Virus record (IMG/VR): IMGVR_UViG_3300037507_000754
Coordinates: 1,367-65,366 of that record
Length of the DNA stretch: 64,000 nt
Direction: 5' to 3' (one strand)
From: a virus
Lineage: Duplodnaviria; Caudoviricetes
The notes under the pieces were generated by a model, which saw only the letters and a list, made by a program, of their open reading frames with translations, did no database searches and had not been told where the DNA came from. Numbering within the stretch: position 1 is the first letter of the stretch; every line of letters begins with the position of its first letter. A program made the position numbers and the translations under genes. Positions 35,736 through 48,000 of this stretch are shown here, in pieces.

Positions 35736-37688
35736 ATGCCGCTGAAAGCGCTACGCCTCAAGTCCGGTATCTTCCGGGAGAACACGCGCTACTCCGCAGA
35801 AGGCGGATGGTACGAGTGCGACAAGGTGCGCTTCCGCTCGGGGCAACCTGAGAAGATCGGCGGCTGGCAGCAGGTCAGCAACGACCAGTTCCTCGGCTAT
35901 GCACGGGCGCTCTGGCCTTGGGATGTCTACCTCGGTCTGGGCACCGAGGTTAAGTACTACATCTACTACGGCGCGTACTACGACATCACGCCAATTGACA
36001 CCTATGCGCTGACCAACCCGTTCAGTGCGGTTGACGGCTCTGCCGTCATTACCGTGGCGCACACCAGTCACGGTCGGCTTGAAGGGGACTACGTTCAGTT
36101 CGACAACGTCACAGGCCTTGGCGGCAACATGACGCAGGCTGTGCTTGAGCTGGAGTACCAAGTAGCCACGGTCATCAACGCCAACAGCTACACGTTCAAC
36201 GCTCGGGACCCGAGCACGGGCGCCCCCGTGCTGGCGAATGCTACAGACCAATCACCGGGCTCTCCCGGCGGCGGCTCCGTCACGGCGCAGTATCAGCCCA
36301 ACATCGGCACGCCGATTCAGTACCCACCTCCGGGTATTCTTACGGGCTGGGGCGGCGGCACTTGGGGCAGCGGCGTCTGGGGTGGCAGCTTGACGCCTTT
36401 CGTACCTACGCAGATCAACCTGTGGAACCACTACAACTTCGGCGAGGATTTGATCTACGGACCGAAGGGCGGCGGGGTGTACTACTGGGACGCTTCGGCG
36501 GGGTTTACCGCACGAGGCGTCAACATCTCCACGCTTGTCGGTGCTAGTGACACGCCTTCTGCGGCCTTGTTCCGCGCCGTCTCCGACGCTTCTCGCTTCG
36601 TGTTGGTCTTCGGCACGACGGACTACGGCTCCTCGGCGCTCAACCCGATGCTGATCCGCTGGTCGGATCAGGAGACAGCAGCCAACTGGACCCCGGCGGC
36701 GACGAATCAGGCCGGAAGCCTGCAACTGTCCCGGGGCTCCGAGATTCGCGCCGTGGCGCAGACTCGGCAGGAGTTCCTCGTCTGGACAGACATCGCGCTG
36801 TACTCACTCCAGTACCTCGGCCCGCCCATCGTGTGGGGTTCGCAGATCCTCGCGGACAACATCACCATCGTCAGCGACCGTGCATGGGCAGTGGCGGCGG
36901 GCGTCACCTTCTGGATGGGGGATGAGAAGTTCTACATGTTCGACGGGCGCGTGCAAACGCTCAACTGCGACATCCGCAAGTTCATCTTCGACGACTTCAA
37001 CGCGAACCAGAACCTTCAGGTCTTCGCCTCTACCGTGGAGCAGTTCAGCGAGGTGTGGTGGTTCTACTGCTCTGCGAACTCCACAATGATCGACCGCTAC
37101 GCGGTCTTCAACTACGCTGAGCGCATCTGGTACTACGGCTCCTTGGGGCGCACCGCGTGGCTCGACGCCAGCGTCCTCTCCAACCTGCCCATCGCTGCGG
37201 ACTACAACCGCCGCCTGCTCAACCACGAGACAGGGTGCGATGACGCGTCTACACCAGAGGCTGCGCCCATCGAGGCCTACATCACCTCGTCCCAATTCGA
37301 CATTGACGACGGGCACAACTTCGGGTTCGTGCGCCGGATGCTGCCCGACGTGACGTTCACGGGTTCGACGGCGACGGTTGAAAATCAGTCCATCACGATG
37401 GCGCTGCTGCCGCTCCAGAACTCGGGCTCGGGCTACACGCGGGGCGTGGAAAATGTTGGCCCTGCGGCCAACATGTCGGTGGCGCTGACCAACGAGGCAA
37501 CCGTGCAGCGTGATGCGGACAACGGCATCGAGCGCTTCTCGGGAACAGTCACGCCGTACGACGGCAACCTGTACATCCGCGTGCGCGGCAGGCAGATGTC
37601 GCTCCGCGTTGCGTCGACCGGGCTGGGGGTGCAGTGGCAACTGGGTACGCCGCGCATGGACGTGCGGCCTAGCGGGCGCAAGTCATGA
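35736..37688 (+). CDS. putative tail nozzle / tubular protein B (P22 gp10-like)
   Basis: 650-aa beta-propeller-like; IRWSDQE...AGSLQL...LGTPRMDVRPSGRK. Confidence 0.65.
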   Translation: MPLKALRLKSGIFRENTRYSAEGGWYECDKVRFRSGQPEKIGGWQQVSNDQFLGYARALWPWDVYLGLGTEVKYYIYYGAYYDITPIDTYALTNPFSAVDGSAVITVAHTSHGRLEGDYVQFDNVTGLGGNMTQAVLELEYQVATVINANSYTFNARDPSTGAPVLANATDQSPGSPGGGSVTAQYQPNIGTPIQYPPPGILTGWGGGTWGSGVWGGSLTPFVPTQINLWNHYNFGEDLIYGPKGGGVYYWDASAGFTARGVNISTLVGASDTPSAALFRAVSDASRFVLVFGTTDYGSSALNPMLIRWSDQETAANWTPAATNQAGSLQLSRGSEIRAVAQTRQEFLVWTDIALYSLQYLGPPIVWGSQILADNITIVSDRAWAVAAGVTFWMGDEKFYMFDGRVQTLNCDIRKFIFDDFNANQNLQVFASTVEQFSEVWWFYCSANSTMIDRYAVFNYAERIWYYGSLGRTAWLDASVLSNLPIAADYNRRLLNHETGCDDASTPEAAPIEAYITSSQFDIDDGHNFGFVRRMLPDVTFTGSTATVENQSITMALLPLQNSGSGYTRGVENVGPAANMSVALTNEATVQRDADNGIERFSGTVTPYDGNLYIRVRGRQMSLRVASTGLGVQWQLGTPRMDVRPSGRKS

Positions 37689-38494
37689 GCTTCTTCAACT
37701 TTCTCAAGAAGCCCAACAACCCAGCATTGCCGTTGCCGACGGAGTTGTACTCGCGTACGTTCCTCGACAATCACAACAACGTCCTGCGGTTGTTCTTCAA
37801 CCAATTGACGAACATCTTCGACAACATCCTCGGCCCCAACGGCGGGCAGTTCATCGACTGCCCGAGCGGGGTGTTTTTCAATACCCAGGATCAAATCTAC
37901 GCCGCCAACGACATCGCGTATCCCGTCGAGTTTGACAACACGTACTTGAGTAACGGGGTGGCGCTAGAAGCCGTAACCGTTACTGCCGGGTCTTTCGTTG
38001 TTGGCGTCAGGTACACCATAGTGTCCGTAGGCAGTACAAATTTTACGCTAATCGGCGCGGCGTCTAATACTGTCGGAGTGGTTTTTGTTGCAACCGGCGT
38101 CGGCACGGGCTCAGGAACTGCCAGCACAAAGTCGCGAATTAGCGTTTCTGTCAACGGCGTGTACAACTTCCAGTACAGTGGTCAGATCTTGGCGTCGACG
38201 GGTAGCAAGACTGAAATTGCGTTGTGGATAGCGCGTAACAACACGGACATTTCGTACTCGACGCGTATCAGTACAATCGCAGCCAACGGCCATTATTTCG
38301 AGATAGCCTGGAACTTTAATATTGATATGGCGGCGGGCGACTACATCGAGCTACGCACGTCCATCGACGACCATGCACCGAGCATCAAGCTCGACGCGTT
38401 TGCCGCAACCTCTCCCTACCCCGCTGGGGCCTCATCGGTGCTGACGGTCAACTTCGTCGCGCCGCTGCCTGACCCCAGACCGACTCTTCCGTGA
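37685..38494 (+). CDS. tail-associated protein with a C1q/BclA-like C-terminal domain
   Basis: LRLFFNQL coiled N-terminus; GVYNFQYS...AGDYIEL. Confidence 0.55.
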   Translation: MSFFNFLKKPNNPALPLPTELYSRTFLDNHNNVLRLFFNQLTNIFDNILGPNGGQFIDCPSGVFFNTQDQIYAANDIAYPVEFDNTYLSNGVALEAVTVTAGSFVVGVRYTIVSVGSTNFTLIGAASNTVGVVFVATGVGTGSGTASTKSRISVSVNGVYNFQYSGQILASTGSKTEIALWIARNNTDISYSTRISTIAANGHYFEIAWNFNIDMAAGDYIELRTSIDDHAPSIKLDAFAATSPYPAGASSVLTVNFVAPLPDPRPTLP

Positions 38495-38503
38495 GGACTC
38501 ATC

Positions 38504-39574
38504 ATGGGTATTTTGGACTCCATCTTTGACTTTGCCGGTTCATCCAAGGGACTGGTAAGCATCCTCGCGGCGCTTGCGAGTGCCAAAGACCGAGAGCGCG
38601 CTCGTCCCGCTACGGGCGGGGGTGTGAGCTACGCCATGCCCGGACCACGCCGCCTGCAAGCGGTCAAGAACCTGGGGCGCTACACCGACGTCATGGGGCT
38701 CGCCAACGGCGGCACGGCAGACGAGGAAGAGGCGGTCAAGGCGTTGCTCTACGGCATGGCGCAGGGGCCCTACGGCCCGCTGCTGGCCTACGACATCCCG
38801 GAGCCGAACCTTGCGCCGGTCGCACCCAAGCCGGAGCCCGAGAAGCCGCGTGTCACGCAGCCGACGAAGGCGACGATTGACGACTACGGGTATGAGTACA
38901 CGCCGCCTACCGGACGTGCCGGTACATACAACCAGGAAATCAACGACGTCCTGACCGACATGGTGGCAAGGGGTAGTTATGGTCCAACAGGACTCGCTGG
39001 CCGAGGCCTCGGGCACGCCGCTGAAATTGCGTATGGTCGCCTGATGAATGCGCTGGGCAGAGAGAAAACCCCCGCTGAATTAGCGGCTATGCCGCTTGAT
39101 GCGATAGCAGTACCGCGTTCTGCTGACGACATTGCCAGGGAAGCGTTCTATGCCGAGTACGGAATTACCCCGTCTGCACCTACAGAAGGCGGTCCAGAAA
39201 GCGGAGTATCACCGGCAACAGGTGCGGGGTTTGACGGACTATCTGCACCTGTTGACGGTCCTGCGGGGGTGTACGGGTTTGCCCAAGGTGGCCCCGTCCA
39301 CATGGAAGACGGCGGCTTCGTTCTCACCGAACGAGCCGTCAAGGGAGCTGGCGGGCCGCGTGGTCTGGCGGCAGCGCTGCCTCAAGCACGCATGATTCGT
39401 GGTCCGGGGACTGGCACAAGTGACAGCATCCCAGCGACAATCAGTGGGCCCAGAGGACAGACTCCGGCCCGAGTGTCGAACGGCGAAGCCTACGTCCCCC
39501 GACGTGCAGTGCAGCAGGCTGGCGGTCCCAAACGCATGTACGGGCTGATGAGTGCCCTTGAGAGGAAAGCGTGA
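38504..39574 (+). CDS. putative internal virion / ejection protein
   Basis: GPGTGTSDSIPA...ARVSNGE motif; LANGG, FAQGG, MEDGG. Confidence 0.55.
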   Translation: MGILDSIFDFAGSSKGLVSILAALASAKDRERARPATGGGVSYAMPGPRRLQAVKNLGRYTDVMGLANGGTADEEEAVKALLYGMAQGPYGPLLAYDIPEPNLAPVAPKPEPEKPRVTQPTKATIDDYGYEYTPPTGRAGTYNQEINDVLTDMVARGSYGPTGLAGRGLGHAAEIAYGRLMNALGREKTPAELAAMPLDAIAVPRSADDIAREAFYAEYGITPSAPTEGGPESGVSPATGAGFDGLSAPVDGPAGVYGFAQGGPVHMEDGGFVLTERAVKGAGGPRGLAAALPQARMIRGPGTGTSDSIPATISGPRGQTPARVSNGEAYVPRRAVQQAGGPKRMYGLMSALERKA

Positions 39575-40446
39575 TGGCTACCACTACCACCGCCCCGACC
39601 GACATCGATCCGTCGCAGTCGACGCTGAGCCCCAACTTCGCGCCGTTCGTCTACGGCATGTTGGGCAAGGGGTTCGAAGCGGCGAACATGCCGTACATGC
39701 CCTACACCGGCCAGCGCTTCGCGTTTGGGCAGATGGACCCCACCACGGGTCAGTACGGTGCAGGGTACTCGCCTCTGGAGTCGCAGGCCTTTGCAGGTCT
39801 CGGTGCGCTCAGTCAGTACAACCCGACGCAGTTCAACACTGGCCTGGGGCAGGTTGGCTCCGTGCAGGACTACATGTCGCCGTACATGTCGGCGGTGACC
39901 GACATCGAGGCTCGGGAAGCTCGACGCGAAGCGGACATTGCACGCCAAGCGGAGCAGGGGCGGCTCGCCCGTGCCGGGGCTTACGGCGGCAGCAGGCAGG
40001 CCATCATGGAGGCCGAGCGCCAGAGGAATCTCGGCACGCAGATCGGGGACATTCGCTCCAAGGGCTTGCAGTCTGCTTACGACCGGGCGATGGAGCAGCG
40101 GTTGGGTGAGGCGACGCTAGGACTCACCGCGCAGAAGTACGGGGAAGAGTCGCAGCAGTTCGGTGCCGAGTACGGACTCAAGTCCCTCGCCGATCAATTG
40201 GCCGCAGGCAAAGAGCAGCGCCGGATCGCACAGGAGCCGTTGGACTTCGGCTTCAAGCAGTTCGAGGAGTCGGTGGCTGCGCCTCGGGAGGCGGCGACGT
40301 TTATGTCGTCACTGTTGCAAGGGCTCCCGGTACGTGCAAACACGTACCTGCCCGGCACAGAAGGACAGTCAGCGATTTCCGCAGGGCTCCAAGGCGGGCT
40401 CGGTGCGTACAACCTGATGGACTATTTCTCTAGGGCTGGGAAGTGA
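39574..40446 (+). CDS. putative DNA ejection / pilot protein
   Basis: Q/A/G-rich; YMSPY...AGAYGGSRQAI motif. Confidence 0.6.
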   Translation: MATTTTAPTDIDPSQSTLSPNFAPFVYGMLGKGFEAANMPYMPYTGQRFAFGQMDPTTGQYGAGYSPLESQAFAGLGALSQYNPTQFNTGLGQVGSVQDYMSPYMSAVTDIEAREARREADIARQAEQGRLARAGAYGGSRQAIMEAERQRNLGTQIGDIRSKGLQSAYDRAMEQRLGEATLGLTAQKYGEESQQFGAEYGLKSLADQLAAGKEQRRIAQEPLDFGFKQFEESVAAPREAATFMSSLLQGLPVRANTYLPGTEGQSAISAGLQGGLGAYNLMDYFSRAGK

Positions 40447-42026
40447 CCATGATGAACGCTGGACTTGGGGCTATCGCCCCCCGTAACCCCAATCCGATGG
40501 CGTCTCAACCGCAGCCGTTCCAACAACTGCTTGCGCTGAATGAGGCTGTCAAGACAGCAAATCTCGAACGCGCTGCTCAGGGTCAGCAGGCGATGTCGCA
40601 GGCGCAGCAGATGTCGCCTACCATCTATGACCAGTTGAAGATGGCACTTCAGCAGATACAGGCGCAACAGCCGGTGCCAGGGATGGCCAGTGGTGGGATG
40701 GTGGCGTTCAGAGACGGCGGTCTGGCGGAAGATGACCTTGAAGGTCTTGATGAAGACCTTGTGGCGGAAGGAGCCACCAGCCAAGAAGCACAAGACAGGC
40801 AGAGTATTCTGTCTGCGCTTAGCTCAATGGGCATGACGGCAGAAAAACTGGCTGCTGCTGGATACGACGTATTCACGATGCCAGTTCGAGCACTAGCTGG
40901 TGTATATAACACTCTTGCACGGGGGCCTAGGGCTTTTGGTGTTCCTTTACCTTTCATCCCAGAGGCGTTTGGCCAGAATAGTCTGACACCGGCTATGGAC
41001 AAAATCACGGCTCGGGAAAACCAAGCCGGAGTAGTTCAGGCGTACCAAGATCCCCGTCGTCCTGACACGTTTGCTGCGCCCGCTGGCCTTGCCGCTGCCG
41101 CTGCGGCTACGCCGCCCGCTGGCCCTACTCCGCCTGCTCGCCCCCCTGCCCCCCGTGCTGGTACCGGTGCCGGTGCCGGTGCTGGTGGTGCTGGTGATGC
41201 TGCCGCACCGCAGAGGGGCGGACTGGCAGAGTACCTTCGGATGACCGAGCAGTTGGCAAAGGACGTTGAGGGCACCGCAGCGGTAGACCCCCGAGTCCTT
41301 GAAGCACGACAAGCCTATGACGCGATGCTGAAAGCGTCGATGGACCCTGCGGAACAGCAGATGCGGGAACTTGAAGCGCAACAAGAGCAGAACATCTTCG
41401 AGAACCCCGAACTCATGGCTGCAATTCTTGAGGGCATGAGGGGTACAGATCGACTTGGTGACACGCTGATGGGCGCTGCCACTGGTTTGGTCAAAGCCCG
41501 TGCAGGTCAGCAGAAGGGGCGTAGGGAAGCGCAAGCCAACCTCGTCAAACTCCGTCAAGAACTCGCCAGAGCAGAAGCTGAAGCACGTCTGGCACGTGCG
41601 GAGAAGGACACCGAGGGTGAACAACGGGCGAAGCTCAAGGCGGCGGAAATTCGCGCTGCTATGAACGAGAAATCTTACGAGTTGGAGACCCGTCGGATCA
41701 GTGCGGATGCTTCTGCTACTGCTGCCTCACGACCCACCAGTGGTTCCTCGGAGGAATCTGTTGAACTCAAACGTATGCAAATCATGCGTCAAGACCCGAA
41801 GTACTCCGGTTTGGCTAAAGAATACGAAGAAGCGGTGAAACTTCTGGCTATTGCGCCAAGCAACCCTAGAGCCCAACAGCGTGTTCGAGACGCTGAGGCG
41901 GCACTCAATGCGCTTGCACAGGCGTATGGTGTAGCTAGAATGAGTCCAACCTCCGGTCAAGCCAGTGCGGCCCCGGGCGCTACCACCCAAGGGTGGGGTA
42001 CAGCTACTGTAGTCGAAAAGCCATGA
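40443..42026 (+). CDS. putative ejection protein
   Basis: Helical and Ala/Gln-rich; MASGG and FRDGG. Confidence 0.55.
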   Translation: MTMMNAGLGAIAPRNPNPMASQPQPFQQLLALNEAVKTANLERAAQGQQAMSQAQQMSPTIYDQLKMALQQIQAQQPVPGMASGGMVAFRDGGLAEDDLEGLDEDLVAEGATSQEAQDRQSILSALSSMGMTAEKLAAAGYDVFTMPVRALAGVYNTLARGPRAFGVPLPFIPEAFGQNSLTPAMDKITARENQAGVVQAYQDPRRPDTFAAPAGLAAAAAATPPAGPTPPARPPAPRAGTGAGAGAGGAGDAAAPQRGGLAEYLRMTEQLAKDVEGTAAVDPRVLEARQAYDAMLKASMDPAEQQMRELEAQQEQNIFENPELMAAILEGMRGTDRLGDTLMGAATGLVKARAGQQKGRREAQANLVKLRQELARAEAEARLARAEKDTEGEQRAKLKAAEIRAAMNEKSYELETRRISADASATAASRPTSGSSEESVELKRMQIMRQDPKYSGLAKEYEEAVKLLAIAPSNPRAQQRVRDAEAALNALAQAYGVARMSPTSGQASAAPGATTQGWGTATVVEKP

Positions 42027-45000
42027 CAACCTATCGCATCTCGGCCCCCAACGGTAAGACGTATGAGATCGAGGGGCCACCGGGTGCGACACAGGAACAA
42101 GTCATTCAGGCGGTGCTGGCGCAATCGCCTGAAGCAGGGCAGGTCCCTGAGACGAGTTTTTTCGGCCAAGTAGGCGAAGCCTTCAAGGGTGTCATCCCCG
42201 GTGCGGTCGGGCTCGTAGAGCAAGCCGCCATCGGTGCCTCAGCCCTCCTGCCGGAGGAGTACGAGAAGCCCACGCGGGAGACTATCGCCCAGGTGGCTGG
42301 CGCTGCCAAGGCACCCTTCGCCCCGGCTCCGGGGTATGGGGACACGGTCGGGCGCAAGTTCGGTGAGGCCTTTGGGTCCTTCTTGCCTATGTTGCCCCTT
42401 GGGGCGTTGGGTCTGGCGGGCCGTACTGCTGCCGTAGGCCTTGGCGTTGGGGCCGGTGCAGGCGAGGCGCGGACGCGAGCCGAGACCGAGGGTGCCACTG
42501 AAGAGCAGCGTTCCACAGCGACCGCGCTGGGCACCTTGCCGGGGGCCTTGGAGGTCTTCGCGCCGTTCCGCATTCTCAAGCGCGTGCCGGAAGGTGAGGT
42601 TCTGACGGCGGTCGACCGCATCAAGCGGATCGCCATCGCAAGCGGCGAGGAAGCCGCTCAGGAGGCCGCGTCAGGCCTTGCCCAGAACATGATTGCCCGG
42701 GGCGTCTACAAGCCCGAGCAGGAACTCATCGAGGGCCTTGGTGAGCAGGCGGCTTACGGCGGTGCCGTGGGTGGTCTGGCACAGGGTCTCTTTGACCTCG
42801 CTTTGGGTCGTCGAGCCCGGGGTACTGGTGAGCCGGTGCCGCCCGAAGGCCAGACCGAGATCGACGTGGTCAAGGCCAAGCGAGAGGCCGAGCGTCAGGC
42901 GGCGGAGGCCGCCCGTCAGATGCCACCCTTGCCTGAAACTTACGCGGAGCTTGTCCGCTACAGCGAGGAGGTGAAGCGCCTGCCGAAATCCAAGGAGCGC
43001 AACGAGGCGCTCAAAGCGGCGAGTGAGAAGCGCAAGGCCATCGTCGTCGCTGAGGTCAATGCCAACCGACTGTCGACTGAGCGTGCCAAGCAGTTCTTGA
43101 CCGCTGAAGAGGTCGAGCAGGCTGAGATCGTGCGGCGCGAAGAGTTCGTCCCGCCTGCGGTTGAGACCCCTGCGGCTGCTCCTGCGGCTGCACCACCCGT
43201 CGAAGAGCCCAAGGTCCGTAAGGTGGGTGCCCCTGCGCCGCTGCCTGACGTGCTTGACAGCGCGACGATCAAGACCATCGGATTCACCAAGGGCAAGATC
43301 CACGACGCACTGGTTGGTAAGTCTGTCACGGACCCTGAGATCCGCACGGTGCTGGAGGGATACAAGAACCGCTCCAACGCAAGCGCCAAAACAGCCGCCA
43401 AGATCGACGCCTTCTTGGCGCGGTTGCCTGAGCCTGCGGTACCTACGGCACCCGCCGTTGAACCCGCTGCGCCGCCCGTGGCGGCTGAACCGGCACCTGC
43501 GGTGCCCACCCCGGCACCTGCGGTGCCCACCCCGGCACCTGCGGTGCCCGAACCGGAGACTCCAAGTGCTGTCGAACCTGTCGAACAACCAAGTGGAGCA
43601 GGCGCTCCAGTGGCTGGCGGACCCGCTGCCGTCACCCCCACCGAAGGGGCTGGAGCCCCTGAGCCAAGCGGAGTGGTTCCTCCTGTCGAGGATGCTGGAC
43701 AGCCTGCTGGCGGAGAAGCAGGCGAGCCCCCTTCAGTAGCCCCCAGTGCCATCGCTGAGACGATGGCCCCTGCCCCGGCTACCTACGTCGCCCCTGTATC
43801 CCAAGGTGCTGCTGCACGGGCCAAACGTGGTGTGCGTCGTGAGACCCCCGCCCTCAATACCGAGGATGACATCGACCGTGCCTTGGCAACGGGCCTGATT
43901 GACGAAGAGACTGCCGACCGCGCACGGGCTGAACTGACCGAACCTGAAGCCCCCGCCACTGCTATGGGACAGGCGTTCCAGAAGCAGATTGACGAGATCA
44001 GGGCGAAAATGGACGCGTTGCGTCTGAAGGGTGAGAGGATTCCTGCGCCGAAGTCCAAGGCTCGTAAGGAGTTCGATGCACTGCAAGAGCAACTGAACGC
44101 ACTCCTACCCAAGGAAACTGGCTCCCTTGAGGAGAAGCTGGAGAAGGCGGGGGCTACTGGTGTGTTTGTAGCGGGCGGTGCTGGCCCCGTTCTTGACATC
44201 CCGTCAGTTCGTGCTGCACTCAAGGACCGTAGCCCCAAGATGCTTCGGGCAGTCCTCACCTACATCGGCGTGGACACAGACGGCACATACCTACCGACGA
44301 CATACTCCGCCGGTGAAGCTGCGGAACTCGTCGGGTTGAAAAAGAGTTCTGGTTCGGAGGTACGTCGGGTTGCTGAAACGTTGGGCATCACAAGCGATGT
44401 GATCAGCCGGTTCCAAGCGTCACAGACGGGACGCGTTGGCATTGCCAAAGACGTCTCTGAAGCAAGCCTCTCCGGTATCTCTGTCGAGAACCCCAAGGCA
44501 GGGGTGCTATACGAGGCCCCAAAGAAGCCCGCCAAGACTGAGGAAGAGTACGACGCGCTTGTTGCTAAGGAAGAAGAGACAAGAAAAGACTCTAAATCTG
44601 GAAAGTACGAAGAAGGTACTAAAGAGTTTGGTAAAGCACGCAAGGCGCACGCAGATGCTGAAAAAGCGCTTAAAGCAGCACAACCAAAAGCACAGGATTT
44701 TTTACGCCCTGCACTGACTAAGTTGGGGCAGATTGACTTCACCAAACTCAACACTCGTCAACTTGCTGAGATCTACGCCCGTGCTTCTTTCTACCCTGCC
44801 AAAGACAACGTCGAGGTAATGAAAGCGCTCGGCGCTGAGATTGAAACTCGGCGCAAAGCCGACAGGAAAGGCACCGACGCTGCTGTCAACCGTGCTTACG
44901 GCAAAGTCGTAGAGGAACAAGAGGCGAAGGCAGAAGAGGGAGTTGAGACCACTGAGGAGGTTGACGAGGACACTGAGACGGAAGGCAGGACCCGGCGTTT

Positions 45001-48000
45001 GAGCGATGAGGACGCTGGAGATGATGCTGTCTACCGCACCATCCCTCAAACCCCGCTCGTCCAAGGTGCCATCTCCGATGCCCAACTTCGCAAGATCGTT
45101 GCGGACATCGAGCGGGCACTGGGCGGTGAAGCTGATATCACTATCCTTGACGACATCACGGATCTGGATAACAAACAGGCTCCGGGCTCCAGAGCGGGTG
45201 CACTCCAAGGCGGGAAGATCTACCTGTTCCGCAGTGGCATCGCTGACGGTGTCGAAGGACAGAAGACCATCTTCCATGAGGTCTTCCACAAGGGCCTAGC
45301 CAACCTGCTGCCGCCCGCTGAGTACCGGGCGCTGATGACCAAGTTCTACAACCAGAGCACGGCAGTGCGTCAAGCGGCAGACGCCTATCTCGCATCCGAG
45401 ACCGGGAAGAAAGACACCGAGGGCATGAGTCCCGAGGAGGGTCGTGTGCTGGCAGTGGAGGAAGCCCTTGCCGAGATGGCAGAGGCGACCAAGCTCACCG
45501 GCTCCACGCTGCGTCAACTGGGGAACTTCTTCGCCCGAGTTGCTGACCGGATCGGTATGCCGGGGCTGGCCCGTGCCATCCGCACGATGGGCCTTGACCC
45601 TCTGCAAGCCTTCATCCGCGATGCGATTCAAGCGGGGATCAAGCCAAGCACCGCCACCGGACAGACTCGGTACCGCTCCCTCGTCGGAGAGAAGGAAGAG
45701 CGCACGCTGGGGGACAAACTCGACGCCAAGTTCGGTGGTAATAAAGCCATCGGCTTCCGTGCACAGGCGATGGACCTGCTGGCGGGCGTCGACTACATCT
45801 TCACCAAGGCTTATGGCAACCGCATCCGCGACAACCGAGGGGACTACAACCCGGTATTCCTCATGTCCCGGGCACTGGATGCGCCGCGTTTTGCCAGCGA
45901 GGTGAAAGAGTACGGCACCATGCGCCGTGACCCCACCGGACTGCTCAGTGTCGAGACGCTGAATTATAACGGTGAGGACATCAGCTATAAGCAGGTGCTC
46001 AAAGACATCGCTGCTGAGGCTAAGACACGGGGTATCGCACCTGAAACGTTCAAGAATCAAGTTGGTGAATCACTGGCTTCGCACCGCGAATATGAGTTGA
46101 TGAACTCTCCGCAGGCCGCTGGGCTCGACTTCTTCTTGACTCCTCAAGAGGCTGCAACAGCAGAGCAGGCTTTCCAGTCTGACGCGTTCATCAAGGGAGT
46201 GAGTGAGAAGCTGGACCAGATCCGCTTCGCTATGATCGACGCAATGGTTGAGGCTGGCCGCATCACGCCAGCCAAAGCCCAAGTGTGGAAGGATGCGATA
46301 GGTTACGTCCCGTTCTCCCGGATTGATGACTTCGACAATCTGGCACTTCCGCAGGGTGGAGGCTCCAACGCAAAGCTGGCTGCATTCAAGGAGATTGCGA
46401 AGTACAAAGGCTCTCAAGACCGTCAGACACAAAACCCTGTTGAGAATTTCTCAAAACTCATGGACTGGATGGTCAATGAGTCGATGAAGGCAGATGCACT
46501 TGGTAGTGCGCTGCCTGAGATGGAGCTGCTTGGCTACGCGCAGTTTGTTCCTAACCCTGACGCTGTTGACAACAACAAAAAAGGCGCACTTACTCCGCCT
46601 GTCTACGTCAGAGGACAGAAGAAAGTCTTCTACGTCCCGGACCCTGCCAACCTCGCAGCGTTCATTGGTGCACCGACAACAGATGTACCCGCGTTTATCC
46701 GAGGGGCACAGAAGTTCTCGCAGTTCCTGCGCATCGGCGTGACCGCCACACCACCCTTCGCCATCAAACAGGTCTTTGATGACATCACCCGGGCGTATGG
46801 GCACTCGGGAGTCAAGAACCCCACTGCGATGCTCCCCCGCATCTTGCTGAACTTCCCTCGAAATTGGTGGAACGAGATCAAGGGGACACAGTCCGCTGGT
46901 GTCAGGGATCTCGCCAAGTCAGGTGTGGTGCCTGCCTATGACACCATCATCGGTGGCAATGTGAAGAACATCTTGGAGGAGACGGGGCTCGCGCCGCGCT
47001 CCGTCGGCAAGGCCATCCTGCGCATCATGGAGGCCGGTGCCAAGGCCTCGGACGTCGCCGTGCGTGAGGCGATCTACAACCAGACGCTGAAGGAGACCGG
47101 TGACCGGGCACTGGCTGAACTACGCGCCCGGGAGATCATCAACTTCAGCCGCAGAGGTGTGTCGAAGACCGCTGACTACCTCATCCGCACCATCCCGTTC
47201 TTCAACGCCTACGCCCGCTCGATGGACAAGCTCCTACTCGCAGCGGCAGGCAACCCGAGCGCCCAGCGCAGCATCGGCGCGACGACGGGCTACGCACGCA
47301 ACCTGTTCTACAAGCGGATGGGGGTGCTCACGGCGATGGGCTTCGGCTACGCGCTGATGATGTCGGACGACGAGGAGTACCAGAACCTACCCGACTACGT
47401 CCGCGACCGGAACTGGGTCATCCCGGGTGGCAAGGAGCTTGGCTTCGTGCCCGCTGTCCCGCTGCCTGCGGAACTGTCGTTCTTCTTCAAGGCTATCCCT
47501 GAACGGGTGGTGCAGTACTTCAAGCTCCAAGGTACTCCCGAGGAGCGCGACGCGATGCGGGTGCTGAAGGAACTGATGCTCAACGGTGTCGACATCTTCT
47601 CGGCACCGAACATCACCCCGCAGGTCCTGAAGCCTATCCTTGAGAACCTCGCCAACTACTCGTTCTTCCTTGGACGCCCACTGGAGTCTCAGGCGCAGTT
47701 GGCCCTCGACCCGTCCGAGCGCTACGGTACCGGCACTTCAGAAGCCATGAAGGCTGCGTCCAGAACCTTGACTGACATCGCCACGTCGACAGGGGTTGAG
47801 GCTCTGAAGGTCTCTCCGATCATGCTGGAGAACTTGGTGCGCGGCATGTTCGGTATGTCCGCAGGTATCGCCTTGAGCGTTGCTGATGTCATGGTGAACC
47901 CCACGCGGACTGACCGCCCCCTGCACCAGACGATTGCGGCTCAGCTCACAGGTGCCTCGGCTGTGATGAAGGACCCGGTCGGCATGCGCTACCTCGACGA

